Of a stretch of DNA of 64,000 nt, positions 49,663 through 58,479 are shown piece after piece. Numbering within the stretch: position 1 is the stretch's first letter; every line of letters begins with the position of its first letter. Source of the stretch: an uncultured virus (IMG/VR IMGVR_UViG_3300025687_000023) (taxonomy: Duplodnaviria > Heunggongvirae > Uroviricota > Caudoviricetes); the IMG/VR virus record IMGVR_UViG_3300025687_000023; one strand, 5' to 3'. Both the position numbers and the translations under genes were made by a program. The notes under the pieces are model-generated. The model saw nothing but the letters and a program-made list of their open reading frames with translations. It searched no databases and had not been told where the DNA came from.

Positions 49663-50348
49663 ATTTATTTAATAGGATAGCTAACCTTATATCAGGGTTT
49701 TTTAATTCCTTATTAGGAGGAATAGAGAAATCAAATCCAGAACTAGTATATGAACAAGCAATTGATAACAAAATAACTCAACATAACAAATTAAGAAAAG
49801 CAGTAGCAAGCTTAACTATGATGAGGAACAAAACACTAAACTCTCTAGAAGAAGAAAGATCCAAATTAGAAGAAATAAATCTTTACCTAGAATCTTCTTT
49901 ATCTGAGAATGATGATGAAAGTTCTGTAATGCTTTTAGAACAAAAAAATGAAACTGAAGACAGACTTTTAATTTTAGAAAAAGAATTTTCTATAATTGAC
50001 GAACAAACCAATGATGCAATGCAATCTCTTGCATCTCATAGAGAAGAAATAGACAAGCTAAAAAGAGAAAAATCATTTAAACTAGCACAACACAAAGCTG
50101 CTGAATTGAAAAATCAAGCATTTGAACAAATAAATGGCATTTCCGAAGATGCTGATTCTAAAGCAATAGAAAATATAAGAGAAGAAATAGATTCTGAAGT
50201 TGCAAAAGCAAACTTAAATTCTGAAATGAACAAAAATTCTTATTCTTTTAAGATGAAAGCGTTAAAAACAAACTCTTCAAAACTAAAAGCACAAAAACAA
50301 CTTGAAGCTTTAAAACAACAAAAAATAAAAATTGCAAAAAATTTATAA
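49659..50348 (+). CDS. pspA: PspA/IM30 (ESCRT-III superfamily) protein
   Basis: Amphipathic N-helix MNLFNRIANLISG, E..NPE...EQAI motif, long coiled coil, ~230 aa. Confidence 0.75.
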   Translation: MNLFNRIANLISGFFNSLLGGIEKSNPELVYEQAIDNKITQHNKLRKAVASLTMMRNKTLNSLEEERSKLEEINLYLESSLSENDDESSVMLLEQKNETEDRLLILEKEFSIIDEQTNDAMQSLASHREEIDKLKREKSFKLAQHKAAELKNQAFEQINGISEDADSKAIENIREEIDSEVAKANLNSEMNKNSYSFKMKALKTNSSKLKAQKQLEALKQQKIKIAKNL

Positions 50349-50355
50349 AAATTAC

Positions 50356-50384
50356 TTGACAAATAAAACAAAACATGTTATATT
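50356..50384 (+). promoter_or_regulatory. sigma70 early promoter
   Basis: TTGACA-17-TGtTATATT; identical to the promoter at 50772. Confidence 0.8.
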
Positions 50385-50412
50385 ATAAACATCAACAACA
50401 AACGGAGGAAAA

Positions 50413-50754
50413 ATGAAATATAAATTTGATTACAACGAATTTCAAAAAAACTATTCGGGAGAATCCACTGATAATTTTCTTGAATACCTGCAAAAAACAG
50501 ATTTTAATTACTTTACATGCCAAGAACAAGATAGTTACTTTGATTATGTAGAACAAAAGACCATAGAATCTTATGTAGATTATAAAAGAGGCTATTCTAA
50601 ACAACTCTTGATAATTCAAGAAAAAGAAACAAAAGAATACTATGGCATTGAATATACAGTCTACAATGATGGTGAAACTTATTCTGGCTCGTGGGAAAAA
50701 TATAATAGAGTGAAAACTAGACCTGTCGTTTACAAGTACAAAGTAGCCGCATAA
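50413..50754 (+). CDS. Hypothetical early protein
   Basis: GGAGG RBS; own promoter. Confidence 0.7.
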   Translation: MKYKFDYNEFQKNYSGESTDNFLEYLQKTDFNYFTCQEQDSYFDYVEQKTIESYVDYKRGYSKQLLIIQEKETKEYYGIEYTVYNDGETYSGSWEKYNRVKTRPVVYKYKVAA

Positions 50755-50771
50755 AAAATAAAAAAAAATAC

Positions 50772-50800
50772 TTGACAAATAAAACAAAACATGTTATATT
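50772..50800 (+). promoter_or_regulatory. sigma70 early promoter
   Basis: TTGACA-17-TATATT. Confidence 0.8.
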
Positions 50801-50917
50801 AATAGTATAACAAACAACAAAACAAAACTTCATTAAGTTTGCTCTTTTCCTCCCATTTTTGTGGGAGGACCCTTTACATCGCTGAAAAATAAAAATTAAA
50901 AAAAATAAAAAAAATAC

Positions 50918-50946
50918 TTGACACAATGTTAAAAACATGTTATATT
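50918..50946 (+). promoter_or_regulatory. sigma70 early promoter
   Basis: TTGACA-17-TATATT with A-tract UP element. Confidence 0.8.
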
Positions 50947-51030
50947 AATAACACGATGGTTGATTGAGAGTTCAACCGAAATTAAAAACGCTCAAAACAA
51001 TTAAGACATTTCAATTTATAAGGAGGATAT

Positions 51031-51294
51031 ATGTCTACAAATTCATTCACATTCAACGCTAACGTTTACACCGGAAGCTTCACAAAAAGAGATGGTTCTA
51101 CACGAACAATGCGTTTCCTAAAGCAAAATGCTGTTCCACAATCTCTTCAAGGATCTGGACAAAAGCCACGTTATCTTGACACAAAACACGAAGTTGTATT
51201 CGATCTTGATCAAAATGGCTGGAGAGTGTTTAATCACAATAGAGTTGTAGAAACACCAACATTTGAAAGACAAGAAGTAACTATCAACGGGTAA
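51031..51294 (+). CDS. Small SH3-like/WYL-like beta-barrel protein (DUF2693-like)
   Basis: FTKRDGSTRTM and FDLDQNGWRVF motifs. Confidence 0.6.
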   Translation: MSTNSFTFNANVYTGSFTKRDGSTRTMRFLKQNAVPQSLQGSGQKPRYLDTKHEVVFDLDQNGWRVFNHNRVVETPTFERQEVTING

Positions 51295-51508
51295 TTAACT
51301 CAACAAAATTTTCAACAAACAAATATTTAAATAAGTTTTAATAACTTCCTCCGAGTTGTTTGCCAAGATCACCAACGCTTATAAAAAACTTGGCCCCTTT
51401 TTATCTTCCTATTTCAAGGACTGAAAATGGAAGCATTTATCTGGTTGAGACACAAAGTGTCTTTGCCTTAGACAGTTAAGTCAATAATAACAACATAGGA
51501 GTAAAATT

Positions 51509-52264
51509 ATGGCATTAGATCTAGAAGCAATGCGAGCTAAATTGGACGCATCAAAAAATGGTAACTCTGCAAAACAGCAAGATACCAAATGGAAACCAGA
51601 ACAAGGAGACCAAACAATTAGAATTCTTCCAACAAAAGATGGAGATCCGTTCAAGGAATATCACTTTCATTATAATGTTGGTAAAAATCCTGGGATTCTT
51701 TGTCCTAAGAAGAACTTTAATGAAGAATGTCCAATCTGTGATTTCGCGTCAAAGCTTTGGAAAGAAGGAGTTGAAAACAATGATGAAGTTGCTAAGCGAG
51801 AAGCTAAGAAATTATTTGTCAGAAAACGTTATTATTCTCCAATCTTGGTTAGAGGACAAGAATCAGAAGGCGTTAAAATCTGGGCTTACGGTAAGCAAGC
51901 TTATGAAACATTATTGGGGTATGTTTTAGATCCTGATTATGGTGATATTACAGACGCTGAAGCTGGAACTGACATAGTGTTAAATTATGATGTTCCTGGA
52001 ACTCCTGGTTCGTTTCCAAAAACCACTCTTAAGCCTCGCCGTCGTCCATCCGTTCTTTGTGATGATGATGTTGCTGATTGCGAAGCTCTGCTTAACTCGG
52101 TACCAGACATTGGTGCTTTGTTTGAGCGAAAAACAACGGCTGATGTTCAAGCTATTTTGAACGAAGCTCTTTCTACTGACGGCTCTGAAGGTTCAACCTC
52201 CGAGACCTATAAGTATGGTGAGCAAGATGCTGTTGATGCTGCCTTCGATAAATTGGGAGCTTAA
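51509..52264 (+). CDS. gp32: Single-stranded DNA-binding protein (T4 gp32-like)
   Basis: IRILP, H...CP....CPIC Zn site, YGDITD...G.DI, acidic tail. Confidence 0.85.
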   Translation: MALDLEAMRAKLDASKNGNSAKQQDTKWKPEQGDQTIRILPTKDGDPFKEYHFHYNVGKNPGILCPKKNFNEECPICDFASKLWKEGVENNDEVAKREAKKLFVRKRYYSPILVRGQESEGVKIWAYGKQAYETLLGYVLDPDYGDITDAEAGTDIVLNYDVPGTPGSFPKTTLKPRRRPSVLCDDDVADCEALLNSVPDIGALFERKTTADVQAILNEALSTDGSEGSTSETYKYGEQDAVDAAFDKLGA

Positions 52265-52320
52265 GAGAAACGGTCGCCCTCTCCGTTATGAGGGCACTTT
52301 AATCAAATAAAGGAGACAAA

Positions 52321-52521
52321 ATGATTAATTTATTATTATTAGCACTTATTGCATGTGGAGCTGAAGAAGAAACAGACACATCAAAAGAAGCTGAAGTGGA
52401 AGAAACACAAGAAGAAGTTACCGAAGAGCAAACAGAAGAAAGCTCCGAGGAAGTTCCAGCAGAGGAAGAAACAGAAGAAAGTTCTGAAGAAACTCCTGCC
52501 GAAGAAGGAACAGAAGAATAG
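52321..52521 (+). CDS. Small acidic lipoprotein
   Basis: MINLLLLALIA-C lipobox, Glu-rich mature part, AAGGAG RBS. Confidence 0.65.
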   Translation: MINLLLLALIACGAEEETDTSKEAEVEETQEEVTEEQTEESSEEVPAEEETEESSEETPAEEGTEE

Positions 52522-52615
52522 TTCATAGTACCTCCGAAACAATGAACATGCAGGGTTAGGGAGTCTCCTGCGTTGAGAAATGACTCCCATTTTACTATCA
52601 ACAAGGAGAGATACT

Positions 52616-54322
52616 ATGCCAAAATATTTTAGTACACCAGACCCAGCAAGACAATTAACAGAAATAATAAACAGAATAGGAAACCAAACACCAATAGAAA
52701 TGATTATCAGGGAAGCAGCAATAAACGGTCACGATGCAAATAAAAGATTTTCTCGAGAAGTAAGAGGGGTTGTACATTTTACAAGAGACTGGGAATATCC
52801 TAAGAAACTATCTATTATAAACTATAATGGAGAGTATTTTGGAGAAAAAAACTTAGAAGCATTTATGACAGTTGCATATACTAATAATTTAAATCCAGAG
52901 CAAACTTCAGAAAACTTTGGTATTGGAGCAAAAACTTCATATCTTTTGCATGGAGCTATGTTATACAGAACTAAAAAAGCGGGAGAAGAACTAGGAACTT
53001 ATTTTATTATAGAGAAAGACAAAGAAACAGGAAACTATGGTTTAAGAGATATTTGGTGCCCTTATAATGAACATTGGACAAATACTCCGGTCTGTGATAA
53101 ATTTTCTCAATATTTAACTATTGATACTGAAGGTACTGAAATGGTCCTACTGGGAAATTCAGATGATCAAGACACTTTCCTTCAACTAGACCACAGCTCC
53201 AGTATTTCCGGAAAATCAGAAGGTACAGGTTGGTCAATCTCTAACTATCTTAGTATGAGACTTTTCAAAGATATTGGCACTACTTTTAAAGTAGAAATTC
53301 AAAATACAACCACAAATGAAAAAATTAGAGATAACAAGATTAAACCTTTGTTAGATTATTTATCTTCTTGTAAAAGATATGGAAACTTTCCCTTACAAGG
53401 TAATAACATTCCAGAAGGAACTATTGCTCACTATGGACTTGTCCCTCAAGGAGATAAAATAATGACTTTTAGCTCTGGTTTTGTTTCTTTCGCTTATAAG
53501 AATGAAAATTATTTAAACCAAAAGATACATCCAGCTGCTAAAGCCCAACAGTTGATTAGTTGCGGAATTCATACAAAACCAAATAGTTGGTTTATTGTTT
53601 TTGAGTTACCAGAAACAGAAAACATAAATATTGAAATGCATAGAAAATCTCTCGATGGTATCGAGAAGGAACTTTATTATAGTGCATTTGCACAGAATCT
53701 TCCGGAAGAAATATTAGATTGGTTGGAAAACGAAGTTAGCGCAAAAGATGATACAAGAGAAATTGATGATTGGCTCAAAGATAGATTTAAATTTAAAATA
53801 GAGCAAGACACATGTGGTAAAGAAAAGGGCGATAAGGTTTGTAATGATTCAGAAAAAACTATTCCTTTAACTCCTGAAGAGCAACAAAAAACAGCTAGAA
53901 TTTCAAAATTTCAAAAAGAAAATAAAAGCACAATACCACCTAAAAAAATACAAAACTTTGACATCCCAAACCATAGAAGAGTATCTCATGGAGAAACTTT
54001 ACCACTCGTTCAATTCAATTTTGATGCCTACACGATAACTGTAAATGAAGATAATCCTTTGTGGAAATACAGAGTTCAGCAAATTTCTAAGGATTTCAAT
54101 ACAGGTATTGAATCAATAATAGAAACTGAAGTATATAGAAGAATCTTAGACTCAGCTATTGGGGCAATTTTTGAAATTCAAGAAGTATATCCAAAGGAAA
54201 CAATACATAATAAAAAAGACAAGTGGAGTCCGGAAATCTTATCTAGCATTTGGACCAAAGATCAGGTCAATAATTCTAACAGATATTTAAAGAAAAAATA
54301 TTCTAATTTTGTAAAAAAATAA
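52616..54322 (+). CDS. GHKL (Hsp90/MORC-like) ATPase-domain protein
   Basis: REAAINGHDA (ExxxN), YNG, NFGIGAK, GTEMVL Bergerat motifs. Confidence 0.7.
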   Translation: MPKYFSTPDPARQLTEIINRIGNQTPIEMIIREAAINGHDANKRFSREVRGVVHFTRDWEYPKKLSIINYNGEYFGEKNLEAFMTVAYTNNLNPEQTSENFGIGAKTSYLLHGAMLYRTKKAGEELGTYFIIEKDKETGNYGLRDIWCPYNEHWTNTPVCDKFSQYLTIDTEGTEMVLLGNSDDQDTFLQLDHSSSISGKSEGTGWSISNYLSMRLFKDIGTTFKVEIQNTTTNEKIRDNKIKPLLDYLSSCKRYGNFPLQGNNIPEGTIAHYGLVPQGDKIMTFSSGFVSFAYKNENYLNQKIHPAAKAQQLISCGIHTKPNSWFIVFELPETENINIEMHRKSLDGIEKELYYSAFAQNLPEEILDWLENEVSAKDDTREIDDWLKDRFKFKIEQDTCGKEKGDKVCNDSEKTIPLTPEEQQKTARISKFQKENKSTIPPKKIQNFDIPNHRRVSHGETLPLVQFNFDAYTITVNEDNPLWKYRVQQISKDFNTGIESIIETEVYRRILDSAIGAIFEIQEVYPKETIHNKKDKWSPEILSSIWTKDQVNNSNRYLKKKYSNFVKK

Positions 54323-54350
54323 AAAACCATAATAATAAGGAGAAACAACA

Positions 54351-55472
54351 ATGGGAAAAGTAATACAAATGGCAACACAAAAAGCAGGAAAAATCAATAT
54401 AGCAGACTTAAAAAAGTCAATGAATAAATCAATGGGAATTGAGGCAGCACATGACCTAAGAGAAGATAATCCAACTGAAGTTAAAGATTGGATTCCAACA
54501 GGTTCAAGATGGCTCGACTCTATTATTTGTAAAGGAAAAATGGGAGGCATTCCCGTTGGAAAGATAACAGAAATTGCTGGACTATCATCTGTCGGTAAGT
54601 CTTATCTTGCTGTTCAAATAGCAGCTCAAGCACAAAAACAAGGAAAGTTTGTGGTTTATTATGATGCAGAATCAGCGATAGATCCTGTTTTTCTTTCAGA
54701 TGCTGGAATAGACATGGATAATAACTTTCTTTATGTTCAAGCAGTTTCAGTTGAAATAGTTTTAAAAGCAATCGAAGATATGATGAACCAATACGGAGAC
54801 CAACAACAATTTGTTTTTATTTGGGATTCAATTGCAGCAACACCATCAGATAAAGACTTAGAAGGCGATTTCAATCCTCAATCTTCAATGGCCGTTAAGC
54901 CAAGAATCTTTGCTAAAGCATTTCCAAAACTAACAATTCCTTTAGCAAATGGACAACACACTCTTATTCTTATAAATCAATTAAAAACAAACATCACAAG
55001 CAATATAGCTGAGGCTTTAACAACACCTTACATAGCACCTGGTGGTAAAGCAATAGAGTACTTCTGCTCACTTCGTATTTGGCTCACAGGTCGTAAATCA
55101 AAGCAATCTTTTGTTCTTGATGAATCAGGAAGACGAGTTGGATCTGAGGTTAAAACAAAGATAGTTAAATCTCGCTTTGGAACCCAAGATAGAATTTGCG
55201 TTTTTCAAATCCGTTGGGGAGATAATGTTGGGATCATGGATGAAGAATCATGGCTTGAGGTAATAAAACAATCATCTTCTTATAAAAACGCTGGTGGTTG
55301 GTGTGTCCTGGAGCACAAAGGAAAAGAACATAAATTCCGAGCTAAAGATTGGATGGATAAACTAAAAGATAAAGAATTTAAAGAAATAGTTTCTGAAATA
55401 ATGGATGAAGAATTAATACATAAATTTGAGTCATCTGGCTCAAACATTGTTCCAGACGACATAGACGATTAA
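54351..55472 (+). CDS. recA: RecA/UvsX recombinase
   Basis: IPTGS..LD, GLSSVGKS, YDAE, WDSIAA, INQLK, PGGKA motifs. Confidence 0.95.
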   Translation: MGKVIQMATQKAGKINIADLKKSMNKSMGIEAAHDLREDNPTEVKDWIPTGSRWLDSIICKGKMGGIPVGKITEIAGLSSVGKSYLAVQIAAQAQKQGKFVVYYDAESAIDPVFLSDAGIDMDNNFLYVQAVSVEIVLKAIEDMMNQYGDQQQFVFIWDSIAATPSDKDLEGDFNPQSSMAVKPRIFAKAFPKLTIPLANGQHTLILINQLKTNITSNIAEALTTPYIAPGGKAIEYFCSLRIWLTGRKSKQSFVLDESGRRVGSEVKTKIVKSRFGTQDRICVFQIRWGDNVGIMDEESWLEVIKQSSSYKNAGGWCVLEHKGKEHKFRAKDWMDKLKDKEFKEIVSEIMDEELIHKFESSGSNIVPDDIDD

Positions 55473-55497
55473 CATAATGCTCCTGTTGTTGATGGTA

Positions 55498-55527
55498 GCC
55501 CCCTTGCATTCGCTTGGGGGTTTTTTT
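55498..55527 (+). terminator. Intrinsic terminator followed by late motif CTATTTA (55541)
   Basis: GCCCCC-TT-GC-ATTC-GC-TT-GGGGGT plus T-run. Confidence 0.7.
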
Positions 55528-55565
55528 ATTTCTAAAGACCCTATTTACTAAAGCGGAGAAATGAC

Positions 55566-56321
55566 ATGAAATTAACTAAAAGTAATCTTTATAAACTTAT
55601 AAACGAAGCAATAAACGAAGCTTGGGCTGTTAAATCTGGGACTAGAATTCCCACACAAAAAGCTGGTTCTTCTTCTTTACAAGCAACACAATATCCAAAC
55701 CCTGGAGATGCTTATAAAGCTTACCAAAATGGGGTTGAGTTACACGGTTGGGACAAATATGCACAAATAATTTCCGATCTTTATGATGCAGCTCCTGACT
55801 CTACACCTTCAGGTCTAGAGCAATTTAAGCAATTTCAAAGCAAAACAGCTTCATTACACAAACCAATAGAAGGGATCTATAACATTGAATATGTAGACAG
55901 ACAACCTTATGTTTCAGCAAAAGAAATGTCAGACAAAATGAAAGAAACAGGTAAGTTTGAAATTTCATCTCAATTTCTTCAATCAGACGATCCAGAAGAA
56001 ATAAAAACAAACTTACAAAACAGAGCAGTTCATGATTATTATGGACACCTTAGAGCCAGAGGTCATGAAAAAGACCCATCAGTTATTGGAGAGTTCTCTT
56101 TGATTGGTGAATTGATAGCTTATAACAATCAGTTAAAAATTACATCGCCAAAGATAGTTCCTTTGATGTTTACTCTTATTGTAGGACAAGCCGCCTATTT
56201 CTATTACAAAGGGCACTTCCCGAAATTAAAACTATCAGAACTTCCTGGTGTTGATTATTTTAACATTGGAAACATTGATGGTTATGAAATAACACCAGAC
56301 AATGATTTAAGGAAAATATAA
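55566..56321 (+). CDS. Hypothetical protein with MKLTK...INE leader and RAVHDYYGH motif
   Basis: Leader variant; HDxxGH...F...GE putative metal site; late motif upstream. Confidence 0.7.
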   Translation: MKLTKSNLYKLINEAINEAWAVKSGTRIPTQKAGSSSLQATQYPNPGDAYKAYQNGVELHGWDKYAQIISDLYDAAPDSTPSGLEQFKQFQSKTASLHKPIEGIYNIEYVDRQPYVSAKEMSDKMKETGKFEISSQFLQSDDPEEIKTNLQNRAVHDYYGHLRARGHEKDPSVIGEFSLIGELIAYNNQLKITSPKIVPLMFTLIVGQAAYFYYKGHFPKLKLSELPGVDYFNIGNIDGYEITPDNDLRKI

Positions 56322-57043
56322 TGAAAATAAGAATTTTAAGAGAATTTAGAGAAACTATTCCAACTATTAAAGCCACCAGACAACAAATGTTGTCAGCAGA
56401 ACACAATACACGAGTTTTATCTGATGATCTTGTTTTATTTGAACAATTTACAGAAGACTTTAACATTATATTTTCGACACCTGACAATCCTAACCTAGAA
56501 TATTGTAAAATTTTCTATAATGGCTTAGCTCAGAATTCTAATTCTGAATATCTGACAATGTACACAGTAGAGAAGCTATCTCAAATGTATCTAGTAATGC
56601 CAGAGGACAAAACAGCTGGAATGGGTTGCGATCAAAACGGACATATGGGTTCTGGTTGGAACAATGGTTCTCGAAGAGGAGTTTTGAAAAAATTAATGGA
56701 TTACGCAAGAGATAACTTTGGTGGACGTTCCGGAGATCATTTTGATGGTGGTCTTGGAGGTTACTATGCTTCATTAGGTTTAACAGAAGTATACCAAATT
56801 CTTGAATGGGACCCACAATATGCTCCAAGTGATTGGAATTATAAACCAATTGATGTTTTTAATCCAAAGAAATCTGTTTATGCTCCAGCAGTACAAATTT
56901 ATCAACAAAATCCAACCTCCGCTCCTCAACAAAAAATGGAATTAGTGGTAGAAAGCGGCTTTAAAATTACAACAAGTCCTTACCACAAAATACTTCAATA
57001 CTCAAATGGCGAACCAGATGTAGTTTATAGAAGATATCCATAA
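56321..57043 (+). CDS. Protein with MKIRILRE leader and GNAT-like domain
   Basis: DHFDGGLGGYYASLGL resembles the GNAT motif B; W...YAP..W...PDVVY. Confidence 0.5.
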   Translation: MKIRILREFRETIPTIKATRQQMLSAEHNTRVLSDDLVLFEQFTEDFNIIFSTPDNPNLEYCKIFYNGLAQNSNSEYLTMYTVEKLSQMYLVMPEDKTAGMGCDQNGHMGSGWNNGSRRGVLKKLMDYARDNFGGRSGDHFDGGLGGYYASLGLTEVYQILEWDPQYAPSDWNYKPIDVFNPKKSVYAPAVQIYQQNPTSAPQQKMELVVESGFKITTSPYHKILQYSNGEPDVVYRRYP

Positions 57044-57057
57044 AATTATTTTTTTTC

Positions 57058-57086
57058 TTGACAAAAATGATCTTTCGTGTTATAAT
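57058..57086 (+). promoter_or_regulatory. sigma70 early promoter
   Basis: TTGACA-17-TATAAT with TG. Confidence 0.85.
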
Positions 57087-57111
57087 ATAAACATCATAAA
57101 ACGGAGGATAT

Positions 57112-57207
57112 ATGAATTATGATTATATATGGGCTTTATTTGCCCTTGTTTTTATTGTTTTGCCAATAGCAGGTGCTTTCATTATGCACCATGATTGGAG
57201 GCGATAG
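57112..57207 (+). CDS. 31-aa single-TM peptide (MNYDYIWALFALVFIVLPIAGAFIMHHDWRR)
   Basis: GGAGG RBS directly after promoter; hydrophobic core; absent from ORF track. Confidence 0.65.
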   Translation: MNYDYIWALFALVFIVLPIAGAFIMHHDWRR

Positions 57208-57208
57208 A

Positions 57209-57532
57209 ATGAAAAAAGAAAAAGATGAAGTTATGAGTGAAAGAATAAAGCACCACTTAGAAAAAGCTAAAGAACGAGGTGTTGTATTGGGCAACCCTAA
57301 TTTAGAAGAAGTTAGGCATCTAGCTCACGAAGCAAAGAAAAGAAACGCAGATGTATTTGCTATGTATTTTGGTCCTGTAATTCATGAACTAAGATCATCC
57401 GGAAAATCTTTTCAGAAAATTGCTGATGATCTAGATTCCATTGGACTCACTACTAGACAAGGTGGTAAATGGCATCCAACAACAGTTAAGAATTGTCTCG
57501 ATAGGTACATACAATTAATGGAGGAAGAATGA
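57209..57532 (+). CDS. Serine-recombinase C-terminal DNA-binding domain, no catalytic domain
   Basis: SERIK..L..AK.RG..LGNP, S...IA..L...G..T..GG.W..TTV. Confidence 0.7.
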   Translation: MKKEKDEVMSERIKHHLEKAKERGVVLGNPNLEEVRHLAHEAKKRNADVFAMYFGPVIHELRSSGKSFQKIADDLDSIGLTTRQGGKWHPTTVKNCLDRYIQLMEEE

Positions 57533-58479
57533 AAAACCTATTAATAATTGATGGTCTCAACATGTTCTTAAGAAACTATGTTGTGAACCCAACACTAGCA
57601 CCTGACGGTAACCCATTAGGCGGCTGTATTGGCTTTTTAAAGAGCCTTCAAAAGGTTTGTGGTATGTTTAGCCCTGACGAGATTATAATAGCGTGGGACG
57701 GTCATTCTGGCTCTTCTAAACGCAAAGAAATGAACAAGGAATACAAAGACGGTCGCAAACCTGTAAGATTTAACAGAAGAATGGTCGAGTTGAACGAAGA
57801 ACAACAAAAACTTAATAAAGCAGAACAATATATTAAACTCGTGGAGTATCTAAATGAAACACCAATTATACAAGCAGTTGTGGATTATGTGGAAGCCGAT
57901 GATATTATCGCTTATGCTGTTAAGCACGATAAATATCGAGACTATCATAAGTACATTGTGTCAAGCGACAGAGACTTCTTTCAACTCGTTGGAGAAGATT
58001 GCACCCTCTGGAGACCAATCCAGAAGAAGTTGGTGGATTTCAAATCTCTCATGGACGAACACGGTATTCATCCCAATAATTTTGCCCTTTGTCGTGCCAT
58101 TGCTGGAGATAAGTCAGATAACTTGCCAGGGATACCTAGAGCTGGGCTTAAAACAATCAAAAGCCGCTTTCCTTTTATGGCTGACCCAGAGGTACAAACT
58201 GTTGAATCGCTTGCAGAGTTTTGCAGACAAGTGGACAAACCGGTTTCACTTCATGAAAACATACTTGGAGGTCTTGATTTAATAGAAAGCAATTATGATA
58301 TCATGCAGTTATACAAACCTGTAATGGGAACAGTAGCAAAACAACAAGTAGAATTCTCCATAAACCATTTTGAACCTGAATGGAATAAAATAGAATTCCA
58401 AAAGTTCTTAATGCGTGACGGACAAATTACTTTAAAGTTTGATCTGCTTTTTGCAACATTTAATAAAATAATTTCTTGA
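57529..58479 (+). CDS. 5'-3' exonuclease (T4 RNase H/PolI N-terminal family)
   Basis: IIDG, AWDG, YK..R, EADDII, SSDRDF.QL, GDKSDNLPGI. Confidence 0.92.
   Translation: MKNLLIIDGLNMFLRNYVVNPTLAPDGNPLGGCIGFLKSLQKVCGMFSPDEIIIAWDGHSGSSKRKEMNKEYKDGRKPVRFNRRMVELNEEQQKLNKAEQYIKLVEYLNETPIIQAVVDYVEADDIIAYAVKHDKYRDYHKYIVSSDRDFFQLVGEDCTLWRPIQKKLVDFKSLMDEHGIHPNNFALCRAIAGDKSDNLPGIPRAGLKTIKSRFPFMADPEVQTVESLAEFCRQVDKPVSLHENILGGLDLIESNYDIMQLYKPVMGTVAKQQVEFSINHFEPEWNKIEFQKFLMRDGQITLKFDLLFATFNKIIS

Noticed and set aside
51351..51395. Resemblance to preQ1-I riboswitch (ATAAAAAACT tail)
   Set aside because: Ligand-binding loop consensus not evident and no queuosine gene context; kept only as a generic pseudoknot
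52548..52588. HDV-like/theta ribozyme
   Set aside because: No P3/L3 or P4 elements and no adjacent tRNA; topology is a simple H-type knot
52299..52604. Minus-strand Ser-rich ORF with internal GGAGG-ATG
   Set aside because: Antisense shadow of the Glu-rich lipoprotein and of the RNA leader
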